From Bdellovibrionales bacterium (lineage in GTDB: Bacteria; Bdellovibrionota; Bdellovibrionia; Bdellovibrionales; UBA1609), in the NCBI GenBank assembly GCA_963692945.1, contig OY843585.1, positions 360,001-392,000 of the forward strand: a DNA stretch of 32,000 nt, written 5' to 3'. Positions within the stretch are counted from its first letter, which is position 1. Each line of letters begins with the position of its first letter. A program made the position numbers and the translations under genes. Below the pieces are notes generated by a model. The model made no database searches. It was given only the letters and a program-made list of their open reading frames with translations, and was not told the DNA's origin. Positions 1 to 9,008 of this stretch are shown here, piece by piece.

Positions 1-17
1 TTAAAGGGGTAACATTT

Positions 18-746
18 TTGCCCGCTACTAAACCTATTTATAAAAGAATTCTGTTAAAAATCAGCGGAGAAGCTCTTGCTGGAGACAAAGGCTTTGGAAT
101 CAATGGTCAAGTTCTCAGGCAAGTTGCCTCAGACCTTAAGGCTGCTAAAAATCTTGGTATTCAAATTGCTGTTGTTATTGGAGGTGGTAATATTTTTCGT
201 GGCTTATCGGCTGCGGAAGAGGGAATGGATAGAGTCAATTGTGATTATATGGGAATGTTAGCCACTTGTATCAATGCCTTAGCTTTACAAGATGTTTTAG
301 AACAGCAAGGAGTTTCCACACGAGTTATGTCTGCTATTGAATTATCAGACATTGCGGAACCTTATATTCGTCGCCGAGCTCTTCGTCATTTAGAAAAAGA
401 AAGACTTCTTATTTTTTCCGGTGGCACAGGTAACCCTTACTTCACAACGGATACGGCAGCCTCTCTTAGAGCGATGGAGATTGAGGCCGAAGTTCTTTTG
501 AAAGCGACAAAAGTGGATGGTGTTTTTGATAAAGACCCTGAAAAAAATAAAAACAGTAAAAAGTTTGCTAAAATCAGCTATATAGATGTTCTCAACAAAG
601 AATTAAAAATTATGGATTCAGCAGCTATCAGTTTATGTATGGATAATAGATTAACTTTAATTGCATTTAATTTAAAACACAAAGGCAATTTAGTGAAAGT
701 TGTTTGTGGAGAAAAAATAGGTACAATTATTAATCATCAAGGTTAA
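18..746 (+). CDS. pyrH: UMP kinase
   Basis: TTG start; 242 aa. Amino-acid-kinase motifs [18 protein letters not shown] and [16 protein letters not shown]. Heads the conserved pyrH-frr-uppS cluster. Confidence 0.95.
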   Translation: MPATKPIYKRILLKISGEALAGDKGFGINGQVLRQVASDLKAAKNLGIQIAVVIGGGNIFRGLSAAEEGMDRVNCDYMGMLATCINALALQDVLEQQGVSTRVMSAIELSDIAEPYIRRRALRHLEKERLLIFSGGTGNPYFTTDTAASLRAMEIEAEVLLKATKVDGVFDKDPEKNKNSKKFAKISYIDVLNKELKIMDSAAISLCMDNRLTLIAFNLKHKGNLVKVVCGEKIGTIINHQG

Positions 747-760
747 ATAGAGGAGGTAGA

Positions 761-1315
761 ATGGAAGAGCAAAAACAAAAGGCTATAAAAAAAATGGAAG
801 ATAATATAGAATCTTTTAGCTCTCGTTTACGTAAAATGCGAACAGGGCGAGCTCAAACCTCTTTGTTAGAAAGTATAAAAGTTCTCTACTATGGAGTTTT
901 AACTCCTCTTTCTCAAATAGCTACCATTTCTGTTCCATCCCCTCGTAGTCTTGTTATCACTGCTTTTGATATAAAATCTTTGAAAGATATAGAGCAAGCC
1001 TTAGTCAAAGCCAATTTGGGATTAACTCCTCAAAATGATGGAAAATTGATACGACTTACAGTTCCTGAATTAACAGAAGAGAGAAGGAAAGATTTAGTGA
1101 AAGAGATTAAAAAAGAAGCTGAAAAATGCCGTGTGGATTTAAGAAACAATCGCCGAATCAGTAATGATGAAGTTAAAAAATCAGTTAAAGATAAAATCCT
1201 TAGTGAAGATGATCACAAACGATGGAATGAAGAGATTCAAAAAATAACTGATAAATTTATGGCTCAAGTTGAAACTATCTTAGAAGTAAAAGAAAAAGAA
1301 ATTATGGAGATTTGA
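761..1315 (+). CDS. frr: ribosome recycling factor
   Basis: AGGAGG RBS just upstream; 184 aa. Typical RRF sequence (MRTGRA..., LRLTVPELTEERRKDLVK) and position after pyrH. Confidence 0.95.
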   Translation: MEEQKQKAIKKMEDNIESFSSRLRKMRTGRAQTSLLESIKVLYYGVLTPLSQIATISVPSPRSLVITAFDIKSLKDIEQALVKANLGLTPQNDGKLIRLTVPELTEERRKDLVKEIKKEAEKCRVDLRNNRRISNDEVKKSVKDKILSEDDHKRWNEEIQKITDKFMAQVETILEVKEKEIMEI

Positions 1316-1319
1316 GATT

Positions 1320-2027
1320 TTGTTAAAGCAAGACTCTTTAAAACATCTTGCCATTATAATGGATGGCAATGGTCGTTGGGCAAGTCAAAGAAATCATAGA
1401 AGACTTTTTGGTCATGTTAAAGGAGCCAAAACAGCTCAATCTATTATTTTTAAATGTTTGGATTTAAAAATTCCTTACTTGAGTCTTTTTACTTTAAGTA
1501 CAGAAAACACTTTGAGACCAGAGTCAGAGATTCGAGACCTCACCCATCTTTTTGAAAAAATAATTTTTAAGCATACAAAACAATTCATTGAGAAAGATAT
1601 ACAGCTTCATATTTTAGGTGATATTTCTATTTTTCCTTCTAAACTTCAAACCGATTTAAAGGCGATTCAAAAAAAGACGAAATCCAATAAAGGATTAAAC
1701 CTTATCGTTGCTTTAAACTACGGAGGTCGGCAAGAGATTGTAAATGGAGCTAAAAAACTAGTTCAAAAAATTCAGTCGGGAGATTTAAAAATAAATGAAT
1801 TAACAGAAAGTCAATTTGGCGAGCTTCTTTCTTCTTCTCAGTTTCCAACTCCTGATTTAATTATTAGAACGGGAGGGAATTTGCGACTTTCTAATTTTTA
1901 TTTATGGTCATCAGCCTATTCAGAGTTTTATTTTACAGAGACTTTATGGCCTGATTTTGATGAGAAATGCCTAGACTTAGCTCTTCAAAAATACTCTGTT
2001 ACGGAACGAAAGTTTGGTGTTTTATAA
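1320..2027 (+). CDS. uppS: undecaprenyl (di-trans,poly-cis-decaprenyl) diphosphate synthase
   Basis: TTG start. cis-prenyltransferase motifs IIMDGNGRWA, ALNYGGRQEI and IRTGGNLRLSNFYLW. Confidence 0.9.
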   Translation: MLKQDSLKHLAIIMDGNGRWASQRNHRRLFGHVKGAKTAQSIIFKCLDLKIPYLSLFTLSTENTLRPESEIRDLTHLFEKIIFKHTKQFIEKDIQLHILGDISIFPSKLQTDLKAIQKKTKSNKGLNLIVALNYGGRQEIVNGAKKLVQKIQSGDLKINELTESQFGELLSSSQFPTPDLIIRTGGNLRLSNFYLWSSAYSEFYFTETLWPDFDEKCLDLALQKYSVTERKFGVL

Positions 2028-2089
2028 ATGAAAGAGAATCCTTCTTTTTCTTTTATTGATTTCTGCTATAATTTGAGGAAGAGTTTTTT

Positions 2090-3721
2090 ATGCTGTTAGA
2101 AATTTTTACTTCCCTATTTGTGCTTCCTTACAAAATTCTATCTTCTGTAGGGCCTTTTATTTTACTACTTGGTGTTCTTGTGTTTATTCATGAGTTAGGG
2201 CATTTTTTAGCGGCTCGTTATTGCAATGTTAAAGTGGAAGTCTTTAGCTTAGGATTTGGACCTAAAATTTTTAAATATCGTAAAGGGGAAACTCTTTATG
2301 CTATTTCTCTTTTTCCTTTAGGTGGTTATGTCAAAATGTTTGGAGATAATCCAGCCGAAGAGGTTCCTCTTTCTCAACAGCCTCGTGGTTTTTTGTATAA
2401 AAATGTTCCTCAAAAATTACTCATCGCTTTTGGTGGACCGCTTATGAATTTGATTTTTACTTTATTTGCTTTTTTTCTTTTAGGTTTTATAGGAGTTCCT
2501 TCTTTAAAGCCTAAAATGGGGGATATAAAGAAAAATACATTAGCTTATGTCTCTGGATTGCGTTCAGGAGACACTATTTTATCTATCAATGAGAAGCCCA
2601 TTTCTTATTGGGAGGATGTCGATCGTTTTATCAAGAAAAACCCTAATAGAAAAATATCTTTAGAGGTTTCTAATAAAAATAATAAAATCAAGAAGCACAC
2701 AGTGAATGTAGGTTTAAAAAATAATGAAAATATTTTTACTACAAAAAAAACCATTGGTTTTATAGAGGGGTTAACTCCTTTGTCTAGAGCTTCACAAGTT
2801 GGTATTGTTTTTAATTCTCCATCTTATAAATCAGGATTAAGAACTTTTGATAAAATCACAAATATCAATGGAGAAGAAGTTCGTTACTGGAGAGATTTAA
2901 AAAGGATTGTAAGAAAAGAACAATCCAATTTGTTTGTCACTATAAAAAGACAAGATAAAGACTTACAAATGAATCTTAAAGGATTAGGTTCTTTAAAGAA
3001 TTTGGGAATAGAGAATGCCTTTTTATACATTTCTAAAATTGGCAAGGGGACTCCAGCGGATAAGGCTGGTCTAAAAAAAGGAGATCGTCTTTTCTCTATA
3101 GATGGTAAAGAAATTAAAAATTGGAGAGAGGTTTTAGAGACCATTCAATCTTTTTCTGGAAAGAAGTTTTTAGTAGAATTTTTCAGAGAAGGGAAAAAAC
3201 AGCAGGTGAGTATTGCTCCTAAAACCATGTATGTAGAAGGTCATTTGAAAGAAAAATTTATGTTGGGAATTGCTTCGGGTGGAGTAGAAGCTCTTCCACC
3301 AGAAATCTTAAAGCAAGAAACTCTTCTGGGTTCTGTTGTTTATTCAGGAGTTCAAACTTGGCATTGGTTATCTGTCATTTCTATAGGTTTATATCGTTTG
3401 ATACAAGGTAGAGTCTCTGCAAGAACTTTAGGAGGTCCTGTGACTATCGGTCGCGTGGCACACAGTTCTTTTCAAAATGGATTCATTTCTTTTATTTTTA
3501 TAATGGCACTTATTTCACTCAATTTATTTTTTCTTAACTTGTTACCTATTCCTATGTTAGATGGTGGACATATTTTATTTTTTACAATAGAGGGTATTTT
3601 AGGTCGTCCTTTAGACATTAAAAAACTTATGGTGGCTCAGCAAATGGGAGTTTTTGTTTTAATTTTCTTTTTTGCATTTACTTTCTTTAATGATATTTAC
3701 AATTGGCTGAATGCCTGGTGA
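2090..3721 (+). CDS. rseP: RIP (site-2) zinc metalloprotease RseP with three PDZ-like modules
   Basis: GAGGAAG RBS. HELGH zinc motif in the first TM segment and NLLPIPMLDGGH near the C-terminus. Three internal segments share the pattern SGL(R/K)xGD..SI(N/D)G..I..W.(D/E)V. Confidence 0.9.
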   Translation: MLLEIFTSLFVLPYKILSSVGPFILLLGVLVFIHELGHFLAARYCNVKVEVFSLGFGPKIFKYRKGETLYAISLFPLGGYVKMFGDNPAEEVPLSQQPRGFLYKNVPQKLLIAFGGPLMNLIFTLFAFFLLGFIGVPSLKPKMGDIKKNTLAYVSGLRSGDTILSINEKPISYWEDVDRFIKKNPNRKISLEVSNKNNKIKKHTVNVGLKNNENIFTTKKTIGFIEGLTPLSRASQVGIVFNSPSYKSGLRTFDKITNINGEEVRYWRDLKRIVRKEQSNLFVTIKRQDKDLQMNLKGLGSLKNLGIENAFLYISKIGKGTPADKAGLKKGDRLFSIDGKEIKNWREVLETIQSFSGKKFLVEFFREGKKQQVSIAPKTMYVEGHLKEKFMLGIASGGVEALPPEILKQETLLGSVVYSGVQTWHWLSVISIGLYRLIQGRVSARTLGGPVTIGRVAHSSFQNGFISFIFIMALISLNLFFLNLLPIPMLDGGHILFFTIEGILGRPLDIKKLMVAQQMGVFVLIFFFAFTFFNDIYNWLNAW

Positions 3722-4398
3722 TGAAACGCTTTTTATCTCTTGAAACATCTATGTCCCAAGGGTCTCTCGGAATCTTTCAAATAGAAAAAAGGAATCTTTC
3801 AACTCTTCTTTTTAAAACATGGTCTTTAGAAATAAAAAATAATAATAAAATTCATCACAGTGAAAGATTGCCTTTAGAAATAAAAAAATCTTTAGAAGAA
3901 GTAAAATTAACATTTCAAGATTTACATTTTTTAGCTGTAGGTATTGGGCCGGGTCGATTCACAGGTGTAAGGACAGCCATCAGTGCCATTAAGACACTTG
4001 CTTTTTTATTAAAATTACCAATCTATCCTGTGGATTCTTTAAAAATTGTTGCAGAGCCTTTCTTACTCTCACGAGATTCTGTTTGTGTTGCTTTTAATGG
4101 ATTTAAAAACTCTGTTTATTTTGTAGAGTTTATTCAAGGAAAAATGTGTAAAGAACCAAGAGTTATGGATTTTTCTAATTGGCTGGAATATATGATTAAA
4201 GAAGAAAAAAAGTTTTGTGTTGGAGATGTAGAGGAATTTTATGATATCCCTACGAATTGCAAATGTCATTTTGAAAAAAGTTTTCCTACAGCTCAAAGTT
4301 TAGCTCAAATTGTTTGTAAGGAGTTTCAAATAGAACATTTAAAACCTTGGTTTAAATTAGAACCTCTTTATTTAAGATCCATTCATGAAAAAGAGTGA
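3721..4398 (+). CDS. tsaB: tRNA t6A37 biosynthesis protein TsaB
   Basis: An ATG at 3721 overlaps the rseP TGA by 1 nt, and I prefer it to the track's upstream extension at 3703. Motif LAVGIGPGRFTGVRTAISAIKTLAF is typical of TsaB/YeaZ. Confidence 0.8.
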   Translation: MKRFLSLETSMSQGSLGIFQIEKRNLSTLLFKTWSLEIKNNNKIHHSERLPLEIKKSLEEVKLTFQDLHFLAVGIGPGRFTGVRTAISAIKTLAFLLKLPIYPVDSLKIVAEPFLLSRDSVCVAFNGFKNSVYFVEFIQGKMCKEPRVMDFSNWLEYMIKEEKKFCVGDVEEFYDIPTNCKCHFEKSFPTAQSLAQIVCKEFQIEHLKPWFKLEPLYLRSIHEKE

Positions 4399-4401
4399 GT
4401 T

Positions 4402-5358
4402 TTGCAAAAAGATAAAAACATTGTTTATCAAATAAAAGTTTTATTAAAAGATAAAGGTCTAAGGTTAGATCAATTTCTTGGAGCAAAAGATTTTATTAAA
4501 AATAGGTCTCAGGCTTTAAAACTGATACTTGAAGATCGTGTTCTTTTAAAAAATCAAATTTTAAAATCTTCTTATAAATTAAAGGAAGGAGATATTTTAA
4601 AAGTCACTGTTCCTCTAGAATCTAAAGAGGAAGTAACAGCTTACAATATTCCTTTAGAAATTGTTTATGAAGATGAGGATATTTTAGTTATTAACAAACC
4701 CACGGGTTTAGTGGTTCATCCAGCGCCGGGACATAAATCAGACACTCTTGTCAATGCTCTTTTTCATCATAAAAAACTTCTTTTAAGAAAAGAATCTTCT
4801 CGTCCCGGAGTTGTGCATCGTTTAGATAAAGATGTCAGCGGTCTCTTAGTTTTAGCCCGAACTGCAAAAGCAGAGGAGAGTTTAATTCATCAATTTAAAA
4901 ACCGAACAGTTCAAAGAATCTATTGGGCTTTGAGTGTTAAAACTCCTAGCCCTTTACATGGAACTGTGAATAGTTATTTATGTCGCCACCCTATTTTTAG
5001 AAAAAAATTTATTTCTGTTACAGAGTATAAAAAAGGTTGTAAAGAAGCTATCACTCATTATAAAACTATAAAAAGTCATAACAATGGTGTGACTTGGTTG
5101 GAGTGTAAATTGAGTACAGGAAGAACTCATCAAATCAGAGTTCATTTGTCTTCTTTATCTTGTTTTTTATTGGGAGATGATCTTTATGGTAAAAAATTGA
5201 GAACAAAAGCTCTTCAAAATCTTTGTAAGGATTTAAAAGGTGTAGCTCTTCATGCCCAATCTTTAAGTTTTATACACCCTACATCAAAAAAATCTATGAC
5301 TTTTAACTGCCCTTGGCGATTGGATTTGAAAGACCTTGTAAAACGGCTGGATTTTTAA
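4402..5358 (+). CDS. rluD: RluA-family 23S rRNA pseudouridine synthase (RluD-like) with N-terminal S4 domain
   Basis: TTG start. Catalytic motif GVVHRLDKDVSGLLVLA and GRTHQIRVHL. The N-terminal approx 60 aa look S4-like. Confidence 0.85.
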   Translation: MQKDKNIVYQIKVLLKDKGLRLDQFLGAKDFIKNRSQALKLILEDRVLLKNQILKSSYKLKEGDILKVTVPLESKEEVTAYNIPLEIVYEDEDILVINKPTGLVVHPAPGHKSDTLVNALFHHKKLLLRKESSRPGVVHRLDKDVSGLLVLARTAKAEESLIHQFKNRTVQRIYWALSVKTPSPLHGTVNSYLCRHPIFRKKFISVTEYKKGCKEAITHYKTIKSHNNGVTWLECKLSTGRTHQIRVHLSSLSCFLLGDDLYGKKLRTKALQNLCKDLKGVALHAQSLSFIHPTSKKSMTFNCPWRLDLKDLVKRLDF

Positions 5359-5414
5359 ATGAAATGGTAAAATTAAGATTAGACTATAAAAATACCGAAA
5401 AGAGAGCTTAAGTT

Positions 5415-5942
5415 ATGTATAGTAGAATTTCTAGATTAAAAACTTTTTTGAGTTTCAAAAAACAAGCTTTAATAAAAATAGGGTTGATTCTTTGTCTTTC
5501 TATCCCCATTTTCTATGCAAATCATTTCTTTCTTTTTCACCCTTTAGTTTTAAAGAAGAGGGTGCAAAAATTTAAAAATGAAAAACCTAAAACTCTACAG
5601 ACAGTTAAAGGATCTATTTTGGGTGACGAGTTGGATATTCATGTTATTAAAATGAAATATAGGGGTAGAGTTTATTTGGATTTTTTATCTAGACAAGAAG
5701 ATGGGACTTTTCATTTTATAGATAGCCTTACTTTAAAAGGAAAACATGATGGATTTTTTGAATATTGGAATGAGCCGCTTTCTTTAGCTTTATTAGATGA
5801 CAATGGAGATGGGCTTTTAGAAGTGATTGCCCCCACTTTTGATAAATTTTTAAAACCCCAGTTGAATGTTATTTTTTATAATAAAGAAAAAAAGAAATTC
5901 CAAATCAAATCTTTTTTAAAGTCAAAACCTAAAACACAATAA
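5415..5942 (+). CDS. hypothetical membrane-anchored protein
   Basis: 175-aa ORF with an N-terminal hydrophobic segment (IKIGLILCLSIPIFY). It has one DDNGDGLLEV segment resembling an FG-GAP/Ca-binding loop. No family recognised. Confidence 0.5.
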   Translation: MYSRISRLKTFLSFKKQALIKIGLILCLSIPIFYANHFFLFHPLVLKKRVQKFKNEKPKTLQTVKGSILGDELDIHVIKMKYRGRVYLDFLSRQEDGTFHFIDSLTLKGKHDGFFEYWNEPLSLALLDDNGDGLLEVIAPTFDKFLKPQLNVIFYNKEKKKFQIKSFLKSKPKTQ

Positions 5943-6273
5943 GGATTTAACAATAGTAAAAAAGATTCTTTTTAAAGAGGCTCTTTTATATTCTTAAGAT
6001 AAAAAAATAAGTTGTATAAATTTATTTTGACTGAGCTTGTTCAGAATAAAATACAATGTGTAAAATATTTTTTTATTACAGTCTCAGTCTTTAAAATTTT
6101 TTTTCTAATTGTAGTTTTATCTGATGCATTTCTATAAAAAATAAGATTAAATTAGATTCCATTCCATAAATCCAATAGGCATTTTATTATCATTTAAGAA
6201 AAAGAAAGACACTAGACCAATGGAGGTATTAATTTATAAAAAAGAATTTATTATTATTCTAAAAAACGAAACA

Positions 6274-6303
6274 TTGACTAGTAGTAAAAATTTTTTTTAA
6301 AAT
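6274..6303 (+). promoter_or_regulatory. candidate sigma70-type promoter for the Sel1-repeat gene
   Basis: TTGACT, 18-nt spacer, TAAAAT, about 40 nt upstream of the ATG at 6343. The background is AT-rich, so specificity is limited. Confidence 0.3.
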
Positions 6304-6342
6304 TGAAGAGTTCTCTATGATATTTCTTTAACAAGGGTGACT

Positions 6343-7149
6343 ATGAAATTTTTTTTATTGGTTTTACTTGTAATAAGTCATCAAGCTTTTCCTCGCTCGG
6401 AAACGGAGAGCAAACATATCATTGACAAAAAAATAAAAAGGTTGTGGAAAAAAGACAACCCATCTCATTATGAACGAGCTTTGATGCTCCTTCACAGAGA
6501 TGACTTTGATCAAACTCAAGCATGGAAGAGAGGGGAGGAGCCTCCTTACAGAGAGCGAGACTTAATAGTAGCAGTAAAAGTTTTAAAACTTGCTATTGAA
6601 GAAGATGAAGATAATGAAAAAGCTCTTTATGTCTTAGCTAAAATAGTAAGAGTTTCTGGATCAGGAATAGAATCTTTAGATCAACAAGATAGTGTAAGGT
6701 TTTTTAAAAAATCAGCAGCAGCTGGTTATCCACCAGCCCTTCATCAAAGGGGATTACATTATCTTTATGGTCATACTGGTTCTCATGTTGTAGAACAAGA
6801 TGATAAAAAAGCCTTTGATTTTTTTAGGAGAGCAGCTAAAAAGGGTTCTCTAAGATCACAAGCCCGATTGGCTTATATGTATTTTGAAGGTAGAGGTGTT
6901 GCTAAAGATACAGAAAAATCCCGACTTCTTTGGTTGGATGCTGCTCAGAAAGGATTATACAGAGCTTACAGTCGTTTAGCTTACGATTGGTATGACCGAG
7001 GAGCTTTGAGTCCGAATATTTGGAAATATAATGAATATCATAACAAATTCAAAAATAATGAAGATAGACGAAATCCCTCAGACAAATCATTCAAAGAAGG
7101 AGATTTTTTACATGGGATATTTCTTAATTTTGAAGATTTTATGCTGTAG
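6343..7149 (+). CDS. secreted Sel1-like repeat (SLR/TPR-like) protein
   Basis: Signal-peptide-like N-terminus MKFFLLVLLVISHQAFP (the track starts at a GTG at 6337). Sel1-type repeats: AAAGYPPALHQRGLHYLYG, AAKKGSLRSQARLAYMYFEGRGVAKD, AAQKGLYRAYSRLAY. Confidence 0.75.
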   Translation: MKFFLLVLLVISHQAFPRSETESKHIIDKKIKRLWKKDNPSHYERALMLLHRDDFDQTQAWKRGEEPPYRERDLIVAVKVLKLAIEEDEDNEKALYVLAKIVRVSGSGIESLDQQDSVRFFKKSAAAGYPPALHQRGLHYLYGHTGSHVVEQDDKKAFDFFRRAAKKGSLRSQARLAYMYFEGRGVAKDTEKSRLLWLDAAQKGLYRAYSRLAYDWYDRGALSPNIWKYNEYHNKFKNNEDRRNPSDKSFKEGDFLHGIFLNFEDFML

Positions 7150-7360
7150 TTTGTTTTTATTTGGTTGTGGGCTTGCTCCAGAGGCTACAGTATCCAAGTG
7201 CAACGAACAACAAAAAGTTTGTAATCGTAAAGCAAATGAAGACACCTGTGGATTGTCGTCTTGTGTAGAGTTAATACTTGCAGGCAATATTCCAGACAGT
7301 TTTAATCAAAGAATAGAGCAATGTAATAAAGCTTATAGTCAGTGCCTCAGTGGTGGATAA
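7112..7360 (+). CDS. small cysteine-rich lipoprotein (82 aa)
   Basis: An internal ATG at 7112 is preceded by AGGAG about 9 nt upstream. Lipobox LFG-C in MGYFLILKILCCSLFLFGC. The mature part carries 6 further Cys. The gene overlaps the Sel1 gene 3' end by 38 nt. Confidence 0.55.
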   Translation: MGYFLILKILCCSLFLFGCGLAPEATVSKCNEQQKVCNRKANEDTCGLSSCVELILAGNIPDSFNQRIEQCNKAYSQCLSGG

Positions 7361-7399
7361 ATGATGAGCTTAAAATATTAAATTTTTATAGAGATCATT

Positions 7400-7741
7400 T
7401 TAACTCATCAAATCAGAAACACATTCTCTATAAAAAACAGGGGTGGATTCCATAAACCCAATATGCATTTCAAATAAATGTTTATTAACGGGAGATATGC
7501 TTTTAATAACTCCTTCAAATTTTAACTCATATTTAGATAAAAAGAGTTCCACATAGTGATTTAAAAATTCTATAAGAAAAGATTTTTCTGAGATTGGAAT
7601 TTGGTCTTTTTTAAAATGAAAATAAAGACCTTTGTTGTCAACATTCACTAATTGTACTTTATGAGCTAAAATAGATTTTTTTTCAAGAGAGATGACATCA
7701 GATACAATATGATTTTTAAGTAGAAGTTTTGATTTTTTCAT
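7400..7741 (-). CDS. hypothetical protein, possibly a degenerate PilZ-like domain
   Basis: 113-aa ORF convergent with the lipoprotein gene. NVDNKG loosely fits the (D/N)x(S/A)xxG PilZ motif, but no RxxxR is present (only KLLLK). The functional call is weak. Confidence 0.45.
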   Translation of the reverse strand: MKKSKLLLKNHIVSDVISLEKKSILAHKVQLVNVDNKGLYFHFKKDQIPISEKSFLIEFLNHYVELFLSKYELKFEGVIKSISPVNKHLFEMHIGFMESTPVFYRECVSDLMS

Positions 7742-7893
7742 TTTTATATCCTTTTTATATTATCTAAAATCTGTATCGGATAGAAATTTCTTTTTTAAGA
7801 GATTTATTTTAAAAATTCTCAAATTGATTCACTTTTTAAATCTACTGTATAAAAAGTTAACACTCTTAATTTTTATTGAAAAGTTTTAGATTC

Positions 7894-8415
7894 TTATAAA
7901 ATTTTTACTAAAGCCATTGTAAATAAGGAATTTTTTTGTATGAATCCTTTTCCTCTGAAATTTTTAAATCGGACATGAAAAGTTTTTGAACACTCATTAT
8001 TTTTAACTTCAATATCTCTTATAAAGATTTTTTCTTGTAAAAAGGAGAGAGATTTTACACTTGCTTCTTTTAAAGTCCACAGAATTGAGACTTCAGTTTG
8101 TTGCTCCTTTTCTTTAGAAATGATTTTTTCATAAAGATGTTTTTTACATCTTGAAGTTTCCTCTATGTCAAAACCTATAGATTGATTAGGAGCTATTACA
8201 TAACCTCCTATTTTTTTAGAATGACTTATAGATATAAAATAATTTTTAAATTTTAAAGGAGGTTTTAAAATATTTAATCCTTCATAAAAAGGTTTATTTG
8301 TGAGTTGAAACATTTTTTGAAATAGAGATTGTCTAATGAGATGTCTATGATTTTTTTTGTGAGAGGCAAAATCAGGAGAGATGAATCCTTCTATATGAGG
8401 TAGATCTAATGCCAT
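7894..8415 (-). CDS. 4'-phosphopantetheinyl transferase superfamily protein
   Basis: PPTase signature motifs SISHS, GFDIEE and WTLKEASVKS. 173 aa, lying 20 nt downstream of the GTPase gene. Confidence 0.7.
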   Translation of the reverse strand: MALDLPHIEGFISPDFASHKKNHRHLIRQSLFQKMFQLTNKPFYEGLNILKPPLKFKNYFISISHSKKIGGYVIAPNQSIGFDIEETSRCKKHLYEKIISKEKEQQTEVSILWTLKEASVKSLSFLQEKIFIRDIEVKNNECSKTFHVRFKNFRGKGFIQKNSLFTMALVKIL

Positions 8416-8435
8416 CTTTGCTTGTTTTAAGAAAT

Positions 8436-9008
8436 CTATTGTATGTCTCCCGATTTTAAAACGGTCAATATAGATTTGAAAAGATGTTTTAGGGGTTCTA
8501 TAATTTTTTGCCCTGTTTTGATAGAACTCTCAAAATCTTTACAATTGTATTTATTAAGATGAGTTCTTAAATTTTCAATAGAAATCGTTTCTGGAAGGTC
8601 TCGTTTGTTGTATTGAAAAACAAGTGGGAGTTTAAAAATATCTACATTTTGATCTTCTAGTATTTTATGAAGTTCCTTAAGAGATTGTTCGTTGCTTTTA
8701 TGAGCTGTTGGTTCAGAATTGGCAACAAAAACAATTCCATCTACTTCTCGCAGTAAATATTTTTTTTCTTCTAAATTCAAATCTGGAACAGAGTAAATAT
8801 GAAAAAAGGTTTCTAAGCCCAGTACTTTTCCTATAGAAATAACGAGGCTTTCTACGGGAGATTCTAAAGGAATAGAAAAGGAGCTCACTTTATTTTTTTC
8901 AGAATGTTTTTGAATGTATTTAAGAGATGAGGTTTTTCCAGCTCCTAAAGGACCATAGTAGATCACTTTGCAGTGAATTTCTTTAGCATTGTTATTGATG
9001 ATAGACAT
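8436..9008 (-). CDS. mglA: MglA-family Ras-like small GTPase (divergent catalytic residues)
   Basis: Collinear with Myxococcus MglA as I recall it (MSxIN...EIxCKxxYYGP..GKT...FHxY(T/S)VP...DG(V/I)VFVA(D/N)S...QYNKRDL). Walker A GPLGAGKTS and NKRD are present. The start ATG overlaps the recR TAA (TAATG). Confidence 0.85.
   Translation of the reverse strand: MSIINNNAKEIHCKVIYYGPLGAGKTSSLKYIQKHSEKNKVSSFSIPLESPVESLVISIGKVLGLETFFHIYSVPDLNLEEKKYLLREVDGIVFVANSEPTAHKSNEQSLKELHKILEDQNVDIFKLPLVFQYNKRDLPETISIENLRTHLNKYNCKDFESSIKTGQKIIEPLKHLFKSILTVLKSGDIQ

Noticed and set aside
5943-6336. The 394-bp AT-rich spacer was checked for tRNA, RNase P, 6S or tmRNA-like elements, repeats and small ORFs.
   Set aside because: No conserved RNA motifs or stable GC-containing stems were seen. 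There is only a near-palindrome AAAAAGA-T-TCTTTTT, weak promoter-like hexamers and one 9/10 match to the array palindrome (TTCTTAAGA at 5991), which is expected by chance.
7031-7111. The track's longer 109-aa version of the lipoprotein ORF, starting at 7031.
   Set aside because: The extension lies deep inside the Sel1 ORF and has no RBS. It would also bury the signal peptide and lipobox. The ATG at 7112 with AGGAG is the better start.
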